This document shows positions 23,310 through 33,881 of a stretch of DNA of 64,000 bases, piece after piece. Every line of letters starts with the position of its first letter. Position 1 is the first letter of the stretch. The translations under genes were made by a program, and so were the position numbers. The stretch is from Blepharisma stoltei ATCC 30299 (taxonomy: Eukaryota; Protista; Ciliophora). The notes beneath the pieces were generated by a model. That model did not search any database. It saw only the letters and a program-made list of their open reading frames with translations, and had not been told where the DNA came from. Location of the stretch: the NCBI GenBank assembly GCA_965603825.1, contig CBFDEM010000027.1:1-64000 (forward strand), in the 5' to 3' direction.

Positions 23310-23770
23310 TTATAAATTATATGAGGAAAGTATCCTGATAAACACAATCAAGATTATTGAAGGATCTTTTTATTTACAAACCTCTTTAAGAGCACTCAAA
23401 TAAAGCCATTATAAGAACATTATTAAATTTTGTATATGGTAAAAAAAGTTATTAATCCACTCCACAAAACTTAGTCATGTGTCATACCAGAAAATGGCAA
23501 TAATAAATAGATATTAAATTATTAAAGGAAAATAAAATTATTTTAGGAACTTATGAAAGAAGCTGAAAAGTCGTTAAATTCAGTTTTGCTTATTATGAGC
23601 TGATGATAATAATACAATATATTAAATAAAAGTCTGAAATAATATATAGCATTACTGATTTTAAATTTTTTAAATGCAAAGAATAATCAATTAGCGAAAA
23701 TCTAGCCTTGAGCTTTTTTGAGATTTTAAGCTTTGGAGTAGCTTAAATAAATATTTTTAAAAATGAATTA

Positions 23771-24331
23771 TTATTCTATCTGTTTTATCAAAATTGTATA
23801 TGGTCGAACACAATCTATCGGTGCCCTCCACAAAATCAATTCCCTCGTTCTTGTGTTAAAAAAAGGTGAGGGATCTTGAAGCTCTAAAATAACACTTGAC
23901 TGCACTTTGCACTGCAAAACTACCTTATATTTAGAGTTCCCATCAAATCCTCATGGCACTTCTCTCGGCAGCATTGTAAGCGGGCCAGAATGATCCAAAT
24001 GATCAATAAACGGCGTCAAAAACATATACAGATTTCCCATTTCCTGGACCTTCGCATCAACTGAAAAATCATTTGTCCTCACAATTTCTCTAATAGTCTC
24101 AATATCCGCAGCATAATATCCTATCGCCCAGCTATCACTCGTCAGCCAATTCGCATCTTGATATTTATTTTCCACATTCAGTCCATACCTTACCCAGCCG
24201 CAAGGCGTATAATAATTTCTTCCTCCCCTTTCCTGCACAAATAACGGAAATTTCTCATAATTTGCGTTTCTGCTTCTGTCAAAAGCTTCCTTTGGAAATT
24301 TATAAAATTCAAACAATGGATGTGGAAACAT
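23771..24331 (-). CDS. Stand-alone NEURL4-type ADP-ribosyltransferase-like domain protein (186 aa)
   Basis: Motif series RGG..YYTPCGWVRYGLNV, W....WAIGY, FLTPFI, YKVVLQCKV and VRPYTILIK. The frame continues through TGA 23951 to TAA 23771. Confidence 0.68.
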
Positions 24332-24357
24332 TTAAAATTAAAATAAATTAAACAAAA

Positions 24358-25926
24358 TTAACCCCACCAGTGTGGCTTTGCTGGCCTATTAATTCTTGAA
24401 TTAACTGGCTGTGGGGGTGGGGAAAATATAGGATTGTCGTTTTGTTTGAGATATTCTATACGATTCGCCATTGGGCTTGGAAACGCTGGGGCTTCTGACT
24501 TAGGGATCTCAGATTTGGGAGAGCCCAAAATGAGGGAAGCAATCCTGTTTAGGTTTCTAGGTCTTGGGGGCCTTGGACAAGCGGGAGGAGAAGGCATTAA
24601 ATTTTCATTTTTTCTATTTACAATGCTTGGTTTGTTTTCCGGTCTTGACACATTCACTTCGGCTAAGCTATTTTCGATGTTTTGTCGTGACTGGATTCTG
24701 TGGATTATTTCAGGTTTTGAAGAAATCCTTTGCATAGGAGAGTTTCTATTGATGACGATTCCTTGGTGCTCTGGGCTATGTTTTGGAGAAGATTGCTTAG
24801 GCGGAAGCAAATTTCTCCTGGATGAAGGAGGATAATCTTTATGTTCGCTTATTGGGGGTAGTTTAGGAAGGACTAGATCATCTTTTTTAACCCTTGGAAT
24901 CTCATTTCTGGCACTTGATATATTTCTCGGCTGATTTTCTACATCAAAACTATGTGGAGACTGCTCAGAATTTCTTGAAGAATTCGCACTCAAGCCTCTT
25001 TCCCTATTTTCATATTTAGACTTCGGTAGCTTTGCTTTCAAATATTTAAAATTTGGCACAAAAGCTATTGTCCCTAATAAATCTCCTGATCCATCTTCTA
25101 TCTCTTTTTGACGAGTGCGCCTTACTACCGCTGGATTATCTAAAATTTGGTCACAGTTTGGCCTGCTTTCTGGGCTCACATGAAGCATGGCTTTAATAAT
25201 ATTTGATAAATCTACCGAATAGCTCTGCGGAATATTTGGATAAATCCCTTTAATCACCTTTTTATACAGCCCTTGCATATCATTAGCAGTAAAAGGTGGA
25301 GACAGTGCAGCCATCTCATACATAACGCATCCTAATGACCATATATCAGACGAAGAGTTATAAGGCTGGTTTTTCCAAATTTCTGGGGACGCATAATAAG
25401 GTGTGCCAGTTTGCGTGTGGGCGATCCCCATCTTGCTTACTTTTGAAACATTTAAATCTCCTAGCTTGAGTACTCCTTCTTTGTTTAAAAACACATTTGC
25501 ACACTAATTAAAAAATACCTTCAAATCTCTATGTAAAATCTTTGAATCATGCAAGGCTTTTAAACCTCTTGTAATTTGAATTAGCGCATCTCACAGCTCT
25601 GCTTCTGAGAAATGGCTCCTCGCTTTCTTTTTTTCATTGATTTTTTTCAAGAGGTCACCGTCTTCAGCTAATTCCATGACAATGCACAAAGTATTGCTGG
25701 GCTCGTCAATAAATGCTTCTTTGTAAGCTACGATGTTGGGATGGGCAAAGGAAGCCATAATTCTGATTTCATTTACTGCGTTATCTTTTTCTTTTTTATT
25801 CAAAGAAATCAGCTTCACTTTTTTTAATGCGTAAACTTTGTTGTCAGATTTTCTCCTTACTTTGTAGACATTTGAAAAGGCGCCTTCTCCGAGCTTTGTA
25901 ATTGTTTCAAAGTCTTCAAGTGACAT
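24358..25926 (-). CDS. NIMA-related (NEK) kinase, 2 exons, 1 UGA-Trp
   Basis: LGEGAFS, YALK, NEIRI, ELW, HRDLK|CANVFL, DLNVSK, GTPYYASPE and DIWSLG, with a Pro-rich tail. Intron at 25504-25518. Confidence 0.93.
25504..25518 (-). other. 15-nt spliceosomal intron GTATTTTTTAATTAG
   Basis: Removal restores the catalytic loop HRDLKCANV. If retained it reads into an in-frame TAG. Confidence 0.92.
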
Positions 25927-26008
25927 TTAATAATATCAAAAAAGTCTTTCTGATTAAATGGGAAACTTTTTTAAAAATCTATGAAGAAATTAGATAATAA
26001 GGGGTTAG

Positions 26009-26941
26009 CTATCTGAATCCCATTCGCACGTGCTCTGAAGGGGCTGTGGTAATTTCAGTTCTCAGCTTTCTATAAGCACCAGATTCAAATTTCACGTCAT
26101 TTTTGAAATAGTCACCTTTTCCAAGTGGTAATGAATTTTCATTGTCCTTGTCGGGAACTGACCCAAGAACTCCAAAAACTTCTCTTGCCTTAACCCCTGG
26201 GTCTTCACAAGGAAGCCAGGTCCTTTGCAGCTTGGTATTGTGCTGTGGATCAGAGCTTGTCCTTAGAATTTCAGCAGACAGAATTTCTCTTTTTTGTTTA
26301 GCGGTAAGCTCCATAAATCCAGCCCTTTGAGAACTCCCAGCCACTTTATTCGCATCATTTAAGCCAGGTTTATAGTAAATCTGGTTCGTCGTGGTGAAAT
26401 GGTCTTCATTGCTAACCTTTTCTCTCGCTTTTGGCTCTGCAGAGTGCCCGTGGACAGCTCTATAAGTAGTTTCAAAATACCTTTTTTCCCATTCTGGAGG
26501 ATGTTTCGGCAAAACAGCTCCAAAACCTTCAGAAGGACCTGGTAACTCTCGTCTAAATAGAATTTACTCATTGTGGGTTAGTGATGATATCGTGTTCTTA
26601 TTTATCAATGGCCTAGTCGCCCCAGTTGAAGGGTCGTAAATTGAAGGTGGCTTTTGAAATTTTTCTTTAACTTTGGCAGGATCAGGCATTTCTGTTTTAC
26701 TTATTGGGTACATTTCACGGAAGCCATCGTCTGGGATTACACCAGTTGTATTCCACTTCTTTTGACGGCCCCATGCATTTAATGCTTTAGGGATTCCTGC
26801 TGCTCCCAGGCAGGAAATAGCATCTTCTCGTTCTCTGACGATTCTTTCATCGGGGTATTTTTGGCAGTCTTGAATTGGGGCAAAGCGATCTTCAAACCAG
26901 TTATTGTTGAGAGTTTTATTTGTATAAGAACGATAGCTCAT
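26009..26941 (-). CDS. CFAP95: CFAP95 (C9orf135)-like ciliary microtubule inner protein, 2 exons (305 aa)
   Basis: N-terminal TL.NNWFEDR motif. After splicing, LINKNTISS...GFGAVLPKHPPEWEKRYFETTY matches the CFAP95 GFGAV.P.HPP.W....TTY signature. Confidence 0.78.
26553..26567 (-). other. 15-nt spliceosomal intron GTAAATTCTATTTAG
   Basis: Removal fuses ORFs 26564..26941 and 26009..26512 in frame and removes a TAA. Confidence 0.88.
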
Positions 26942-27307
26942 AACTGCTATTTAATTTTATTAGAAATCAAAAATTTCTTATTTTGCGAAGAAATCTATAG
27001 TGTGTGGAGAGGGTAAAAATAAGAAAATAATTTTAAATCTGTCTATAGTAATTTTGATAATTTTTAATAAATTGAGTTAGTGATGTCATAATGTTAAATT
27101 CACTTTTTATATAAATAAAATAATTATTCACCTAGGAGGGCAATCTAACATTAATTGTAACAATAAATTTCTGTGAGTTTTCTAGCAAGCATGCGTATCT
27201 GTATTCTTTATGAGCTAAAATCCGTAAAATAAAGCAATAAAATCTTCTTCCCCAAACTTTAAAACTGCTTTGGTCCACATTATTTGCACATTAGTGACAT
27301 ATAATAA

Positions 27308-28537
27308 ATGGAAGGAGGAGCTCGCAGACTCAATATAATCAACCAACACCTAACAGGAGAACCAATTGAAGTTGTGATTTGTGCAGCCTTTAGAACTCCT
27401 CTTACACGTGCTAAAAAAGGAGGTCTCAAAGACACCCCTGTTGAAGAGATGCTTGCTCAACTCTATGACCATGTCATCAAAACCACAAGACTTGACAAGG
27501 CAAAGATTGAAGAAGTCGTCATTGGCAACGTCCTAAAGGTTGGATCAAATGGTATGGGTCTGAGACTTGCTCAGTTCATGTCAGGCTTCCCAGATACAGT
27601 CCCTTGCTACTCACTCAATCGTATGTGCGCATCAGGACTCCAATCTGTGGCTGATATTGCTAATGCTATTAAGGCTGGTCAAATAAAAATCGGAATTGCA
27701 GGCGGTGCCGAATCAATGTCTCTCTTTGAAATGAACAGCGCTGTTCACCCACCACTTCCTGAAAGAGCTTTCGAAATCCCAGCAGCTGCAAACACCGTTC
27801 TTCCTATGGGAATCACCTCTGACAACGTCGTCAGCAGATTCGGAATCACCAGACAAAAGATGGACCAAATGGCTGTAGACTCCCACGCAAAGGCCGCCAA
27901 AGCCCAAGAAACTGGACTTTTTGATGAAGAAATCGTCCCTATCAAGACAGTCGTCAAAGGAGAAAACGGTGAACAAAAAACTATCACTGTGACCAAAGAT
28001 GACGGAATCCGTAAAGGCACAACTTTACAGATCCTCGGCAAACTTAGACCAGCTTTTAACCCTAATGGAGGCACCACAGCAGGAAACAGCTCACAAGTCA
28101 CTGATGGAGCTGCTGTTGTTCTTTTGGCAAGTAGACAGGCTGCTATTGAAAACAATCTTCCAATCCTCGCTAGATTTGTGAGCTTCGCAGCTGTTGGAGT
28201 GCCACCTGAGATTATGGGAGTTGGCCCAGCTTTCGCCATCCCAAGAGCTCTTCAATTGGCTGGACTTACCATTAATGATATTGACATTTTTGAAATCAAT
28301 GAAGCTTTTGCCAGCCAAGCCACCTTCAGCATTGAACACTTAGGAATTGACAAGAATAAAGTAAATCCAAAAGGAGGAGCCATTGCATTCGGACATCCTT
28401 TGGGCTGCACTGGATCCAGACAGGTTGCAACACTTTTACCTGAGCTTAGAAGAACTAGAGGAAGATACGGAGTCATTAGCATGTGCATCGGAAGTGGTAT
28501 GGGCGCTGCGGCTGTTATCGAAAATTTAGTAAGATAA
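27308..28537 (+). CDS. ACAA1: Peroxisomal 3-ketoacyl-CoA thiolase with PTS2 (409 aa)
   Basis: Motifs NRMCASG, NEAF, GHPLGCTG and MCIGSGMG. N-terminal RLNIINQHL fits the PTS2 consensus RLx5HL. Confidence 0.95.
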   Translation: MEGGARRLNIINQHLTGEPIEVVICAAFRTPLTRAKKGGLKDTPVEEMLAQLYDHVIKTTRLDKAKIEEVVIGNVLKVGSNGMGLRLAQFMSGFPDTVPCYSLNRMCASGLQSVADIANAIKAGQIKIGIAGGAESMSLFEMNSAVHPPLPERAFEIPAAANTVLPMGITSDNVVSRFGITRQKMDQMAVDSHAKAAKAQETGLFDEEIVPIKTVVKGENGEQKTITVTKDDGIRKGTTLQILGKLRPAFNPNGGTTAGNSSQVTDGAAVVLLASRQAAIENNLPILARFVSFAAVGVPPEIMGVGPAFAIPRALQLAGLTINDIDIFEINEAFASQATFSIEHLGIDKNKVNPKGGAIAFGHPLGCTGSRQVATLLPELRRTRGRYGVISMCIGSGMGAAAVIENLVR

Positions 28538-28542
28538 GGAGC

Positions 28543-29745
28543 CTAATTTATTAATGTTAGAGATTTAAGTTCTTTCAGGAGAAGCTGTCTATCAGCGAGA
28601 GCCAGAGCTTTGTAAGCTGCCCATTTTTCTGTGATTCCAAGTTGGAAGGTTAGCTTTAAAAATCTGTCTTCTAAGATCCTCAGTCTGCGTCGTTGAGATC
28701 TGATAGAGTGCTTTAAGTTCTTTATTTCACGTCTTACGCCTTGACGGTAAGCTAGTTCAGGATTTGCCTTATCTTTGTTAAATTCTAAGTATTTTTGGTT
28801 AACCTCAGTTGTTGGCAAATAGAAAATGCATCCACGCTCTGTCATTGTGCACAGTGATGAAGGCCTTTCTTTCACCTCAAACAGATCATGACTATTCATT
28901 TCAATTGTAAAACCTCTGTCGCACAAGAGATCATGGCTTCCTTTTTTATCATATGGGATATAAACTTCTTCCCCTGTCTTATAATCTCTTTGAGAATAGA
29001 GCTTAACTGCGCCATTCGTGAATTCCAAAGGATACTTCTCTGGGTGGAAATTGTCAGGTTTCACATAGTTATTGTAGATCTCTAGGAAAGGAATCAATGC
29101 AATTCCCTGGATCTTCTCGTCTCCAGCAGAAGGAGTAAGCCCTTTCAAGGTTTTCCATTCTTTTTTAGTTATTGGCATGCCATAAGAACTCAGCACAGTT
29201 AATGCCCAACTATAGCTTCTCTCTTCCCATGCTAGTTCTCTTACTCCAGGTATAGCTACAACAATATTGCTGAACTCATCAAAGCCTGTGTAATTGGTTC
29301 TCAGCTTGTGTGGATATTCTGAGTATTTCATAAGCCACTCTTTTCCTTCAGCATCATACCAAGTTCCAGGTGCATCAATGTCAGATGGAAATTGATTTAT
29401 GTAATCTTTAGGTTCTGAAGCATTCAATGAAGTTTTGTAATGAATAAGAATGGCGCATCCAATGAACTCAGGCGATTTATTTTTAAAATGCTCGCTCCAT
29501 TCAAAATCATCAAATGTTGTGACCACCTTGGATGCTGGGACTGAGAGTACAAGGTCTCCTTTTTTAATTTCTTCTGTCGCTACTGCTACAAGTCTTGCAA
29601 TTGGTTGGAGCCAGACGTAGGTCTTTTGCATGAAATTAGAATTTTCATCGTAGAATTTGTATTTCTCGTATAAGCTCTTTATATCGAAAAAGGCATAAGA
29701 GCAGCTAATTAGACAGGTGAAGAAAAGAAGAACCAACGTGTTCAT
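28543..29745 (-). CDS. Degenerate SET-domain (Rubisco-LSMT/SETD3-like) protein with signal peptide (400 aa)
   Basis: Motifs ATEEIKKGDLVLSVP, WALTVLSS, ALIPFLEIYNN, RDYKTGEEVYIPY and LL..RGF, with a hydrophobic N-terminal signal. Confidence 0.72.
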   Translation of the reverse strand: MNTLVLLFFTCLISCSYAFFDIKSLYEKYKFYDENSNFMQKTYVWLQPIARLVAVATEEIKKGDLVLSVPASKVVTTFDDFEWSEHFKNKSPEFIGCAILIHYKTSLNASEPKDYINQFPSDIDAPGTWYDAEGKEWLMKYSEYPHKLRTNYTGFDEFSNIVVAIPGVRELAWEERSYSWALTVLSSYGMPITKKEWKTLKGLTPSAGDEKIQGIALIPFLEIYNNYVKPDNFHPEKYPLEFTNGAVKLYSQRDYKTGEEVYIPYDKKGSHDLLCDRGFTIEMNSHDLFEVKERPSSLCTMTERGCIFYLPTTEVNQKYLEFNKDKANPELAYRQGVRREIKNLKHSIRSQRRRLRILEDRFLKLTFQLGITEKWAAYKALALADRQLLLKELKSLTLIN

Positions 29746-30373
29746 ACAATAATTAAATATGGAAATGTTTGTGGAATAAATTCATGTGGATGTGTGATAG
29801 AGTAAAATGTTGCATTTATAAGGAGAAAGGTGTGTTTGAAAATGTTCAATATCTAAATTGGTGAAAAAATAATCATGATATAGTGGATGAATCATTTTTT
29901 CTTGATGCTCAATGGAGTCATTTTATAGAAAAACATTTCTTTTATATGCGTGATGAGGCATTTATAATTTATTATATTTATTGCTGAATAGGATGAGCTT
30001 ACAAGGATTTCTTTGCTAAATTTGGTTTTAAAGATTTAAACTTAAAGTCCTCATCTTTTATTGAAAGAGATTTTAATTTTGAAATGCTATAATTCGCATC
30101 ATCTATATTTACAGTTTACTTTTAACTCTTACTGCATACCTAGTGATTAATATTTTTAGGCCTTTTTGATCTTTTTAATTTTTTGGGACTTAAGAATAAC
30201 TAGTTCATTTTTTAAGACTGGTTTATTAATTATTCACCATTCGAAGGTTTCAAAATATAACGCCCGAAACCTTTCTTGATAGAGCTATAATGTGAATCTA
30301 ATAGATCTTCAGCTTAAAAAGGCATATGCATATCGATATTTTGACATATGTTATTAATTCTAATAATTTTTTA

Positions 30374-32905
30374 TTAATCTCTTTTATGATATTGGTGCAG
30401 CGCTGCCAGGATTGGCTCATTTTTAAGCTTCAAGCTCATTTCTGCATATTTTTGCAAGGCTTGTTCTTCATGGCGTGCAACCCTTTGCTCCAAAATGTTG
30501 ATCTTGAAATCCATGTCTCTTGTTGATTCATCATATTTCTTTTGCTCCTCAGCAGTTACGTGGTCGCCTTTTTTAGCGAATTTAGCCTATATAAAATTTA
30601 CAGCATCATCATTCAGTGCTTTTCTTTCTCTTTCTAAACTCTTTTTAATGATATCAGCTCTGTGTAGAAGTCTTTCTTTAAGCAAGCTCATTACTCTGTT
30701 TTCTACTTCTTGCGCTTCTTGAGCATTAAGTTGGCGGTTCTCTAAGCCCATTTCTTTGAGAACTGGAGTTAAATAGTCAATTGCAGTTACCTCAGTAACT
30801 TTTTCTTCTTCCCTTTCGCGCTCTTGTTCTTTGCTTTTTTCTCTCGCTTTATCATATATAGTTTTACTAATAAATCCTTTAACCAGTGCAATATTCACGT
30901 CATTCTTTCTCCTCAGCTTAGACCACTCATCTTCTTGTTCCTTATATTTCTCCATTTCCTGCTTCAGCGCATTTTCTTGGCTTTTTATGCCAGCATAGCA
31001 AGCTTTTTCCATATCTTGCAGCTGATGCAGCTTATCCTGGTAGACTTCGTCCACTTCTTCATGCTCCTGTCCATCCTGCACCTTTGCTAGTGCAGTAAAA
31101 TCGTCTCTTGGGTATTTTATCACATTTCTTTTAATGCTTCCAGGCTCGTAATGGTAAAACACAGTCACGAATTTTTTCTTCATATCATAAATAATTTTTT
31201 CAATTCTTGTCCCTTTTGGCAAGTTTGGGTTTTTATCGAATTTTTGAGTCATACTAGTAATAACTACTTTGTCACCTAGGGTATAATCTCTAGCTGTAGA
31301 CTCCCTTTTTTCGATTTTCCAGGAGCGATATATCATAAAATCGTCACGGTCTTGGAAATATTCACGTGTTTTTTCGTCATAGACCTCTTCACGACGTATA
31401 AGACCATCAGTATTTCTTGTAGGGTAATAAATAGTTAATTTGCTTTTCCCGTCAATTTCTACTATTTGTTTCCAATGATATGGGCAGCCTGGGTAATATT
31501 CTTCAACTGTTTTGTATTCTAATGGAAAACGTCTGCGTATAGCCAGCTTGTCAATTCTTCTTGCATAAATTCATCTGATTTCTTTGACAATGTGGCGTTT
31601 ATAGTCATGATAATACGTAAGCCTCCTTACCAGCCCATCAAATTGGCTATAATCAGCATAATAATCAACTTTGCATTTTTCATAAAAAAGTGTTTTTTCG
31701 CCCATTGTCCATTTTCTTGCATAAACTTCTCTGTCAATTCTCATCTTAGGAGACCATGGTGGAGGCAAATCTAGGACATGCTCAATCTGCTTTACATACC
31801 CATCAGTTCCTATTTCGTCTGGGTTCATATTTGCGTCATCTACAGCGCCTTCTTCTCCTTCTTCATCAAAATGTTCTTCTTTTTTGCCCTTCTCTTTGAC
31901 GTTGCTGGTCTCTAACATTACATATTCCCAGTCCACGCCATTATAAAGGTCAAAGCTTACCTCTTCGACCCCTCTATTAGGGAACATATTAATCCAGAAA
32001 TTCTGGTCATTCCACACAAACTCTACGTTCTCATACTTGCTCTCAGTCAAACTAAACGATCTCCCAGTCGTTGGCTCTACAAAAAAGCTTTCCTCGACTC
32101 CTCTTTTGCCTTCTTTAATAAGGATCCAGCAATGCAGCCTCTTGCCTTTCCACACGTCAGGAGGCAAAATTTCAGGGGCATCGTCATCTATAGTATTTTC
32201 TATTTGAAGACGCAACTTTTCAGCTTCTTCTTCTTTTTGCTTTTTTTTGCTTAAAAATTCTGAAATTGGTGGAGGTTTCACTGGGATTTCGAATTCTTCT
32301 TCTTCATTTTGTTCAGCGAGCTCTGCTGTGTCTGGCATTTCTGACTCTAAAATTTCTAGTGGGCATCTTGTGCGTGTCTGGTCTCTTGTGGTAATTTCTT
32401 TAGGAGCATGGCCATGCACACAATAAGCATCATATCCGGCTCCTATCAGAATTGAGCACAAAACCATTGCAAAGTCAAAGCAATCTCCATACTGCCAGGC
32501 CAAAATATTTGTAGGAGAAGGGATGTGGTTTGGGTAACGATCTGGTGGGTTGAGTTCTTCATATTGTAAGAAATTCGCAACGAATTCTGCAGATTGGGTC
32601 CACTCATAGAGCTCTAGAAATGGCAGCTGGGTTGGCCTCACTGTGGTGCATATAAATTTTTCAACCCCGCATTCGTTTTTAGGGTAAAGAAGTAAAGTTC
32701 GCTTGGAATGCTCCCTATACACAAGTCTAAACTGCCGCTCGTAGTCTTTAACATGCTCAAGTACTAAGTCTTCTTTTGCTGAGTTTTCAATAAAACAGTA
32801 AGGCAAGTTTGGGTTTTTGGAGAAATTCGCACATTTTACGTTCTTTTGAGAGACGAGAGTCTCTATTGCATTCTTTAAGAACTCTTTAGGGAACATTAAG
32901 TCCAT
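30374..32905 (-). CDS. DRC7: Dynein regulatory complex subunit 7 (CCDC135/FAP50), 2 exons (838 aa)
   Basis: NECGVEKFICTTVRPT, GDCFDFA.VLCS.LIGAGYDAYCVHG and LHCW...FFVEPTTG. The C-terminal FKINILEQRVARHEEQALQKY appears after removing intron 30587-30601. TGA at 31571 is read through. Confidence 0.93.
30587..30601 (-). other. 15-nt spliceosomal intron GTAAATTTTATATAG
   Basis: Removal restores the conserved DRC7 C-terminus. If retained it gives an in-frame TAG. Confidence 0.9.
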
Positions 32906-33302
32906 TTTATAAGAAGTAGAGGAATTATTTAAAATATGAAACAGGCTAAAAGGAAGGCTCGCCTAGGGCTTTGACAAGGTGTGCTGCTGATTCTAAATCT
33001 GCGTGGCTAAGTTTCTTTAAATGAGATGTAATTTTCCCGATACATGAGAGAGAAAGCAATAAAGGGATTCTTTATTTTCTACTTAATGTAGGAGCTTCAG
33101 TCCTATTAACGCTGCTATTTTGTTGTGTTGATTTTGCTAGAGTTCGTTGTCTTTGCATTTTTGCAAGCTCTTTTGTCTTTCTGCCTTGTCAACCTTACGA
33201 GGGAGCAGTCAAAAATCATGACTCCATTTATTGCGTTTTTTAATTATATTGTTTGATTTTACCCATTTTGGTGAATAAATGTTTCTCTTATTCATCAGTC
33301 TT

Positions 33303-33358
33303 TTTCCATAGTGACTAGCCAGTCATTAAATTTCCATAGTGACTAACCAGTCATTAAA
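33303..33358. repeat. Intergenic 28-bp tandem duplication, each unit holding a TGACT-N4-AGTCA inverted repeat
   Basis: tttccatagtgactagccagtcattaaa followed by tttccatagtgactaaccagtcattaaa (one mismatch, in the loop). Confidence 0.9.
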
Positions 33359-33881
33359 GCTTGGTGGCTAGTGCAGCTACTCTTGGACTTGCAAACATTA
33401 ATTTGATAATTTTCATAATATAATCAAAATCATCACTACATTTTATAGGGTCATGAAATTTCTCATCCTTAAGCTTCAAAACTATCATTTTATCCTTTTT
33501 ATCGATTTTTCATAATTTTGTTGAAACTCTGCTTCATCCCTTTAATGTACTTAAAAATGGAACTTATTTTTGATTATTATTTGTACAAAATTATTTAGAA
33601 TCACCTTTATGAGTCAAATGATATTTATATAATGTTAATTGCAATTAATTTCATTAAAATTAAATAATTTCTCTATTCAATAAAATTTTTTCCTTTGGCA
33701 ATAAGATATACTAAGACATTTATTTTAATAGACATTTATATTTTAGCATATTCCACCACTAACATTTTATCATATCCATCCCAATTCGCTGCAAATTTTT
33801 AATAATCATATGAATCATAATTAGACATCTTTTCAAGGCCAAAACAACTTTAAAAGCCATTATATAAAGTTAATAATATAA

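Noticed and set aside
27713-28488. Several antisense and alternative-frame ORFs over the thiolase
   Set aside because: These are shadow ORFs of a codon-biased conserved gene, with no recognisable motifs.
33303-33358. CRISPR-like palindromic 28-bp repeats
   Set aside because: Only two directly adjacent units, with no spacers, no cas genes and a eukaryotic context.
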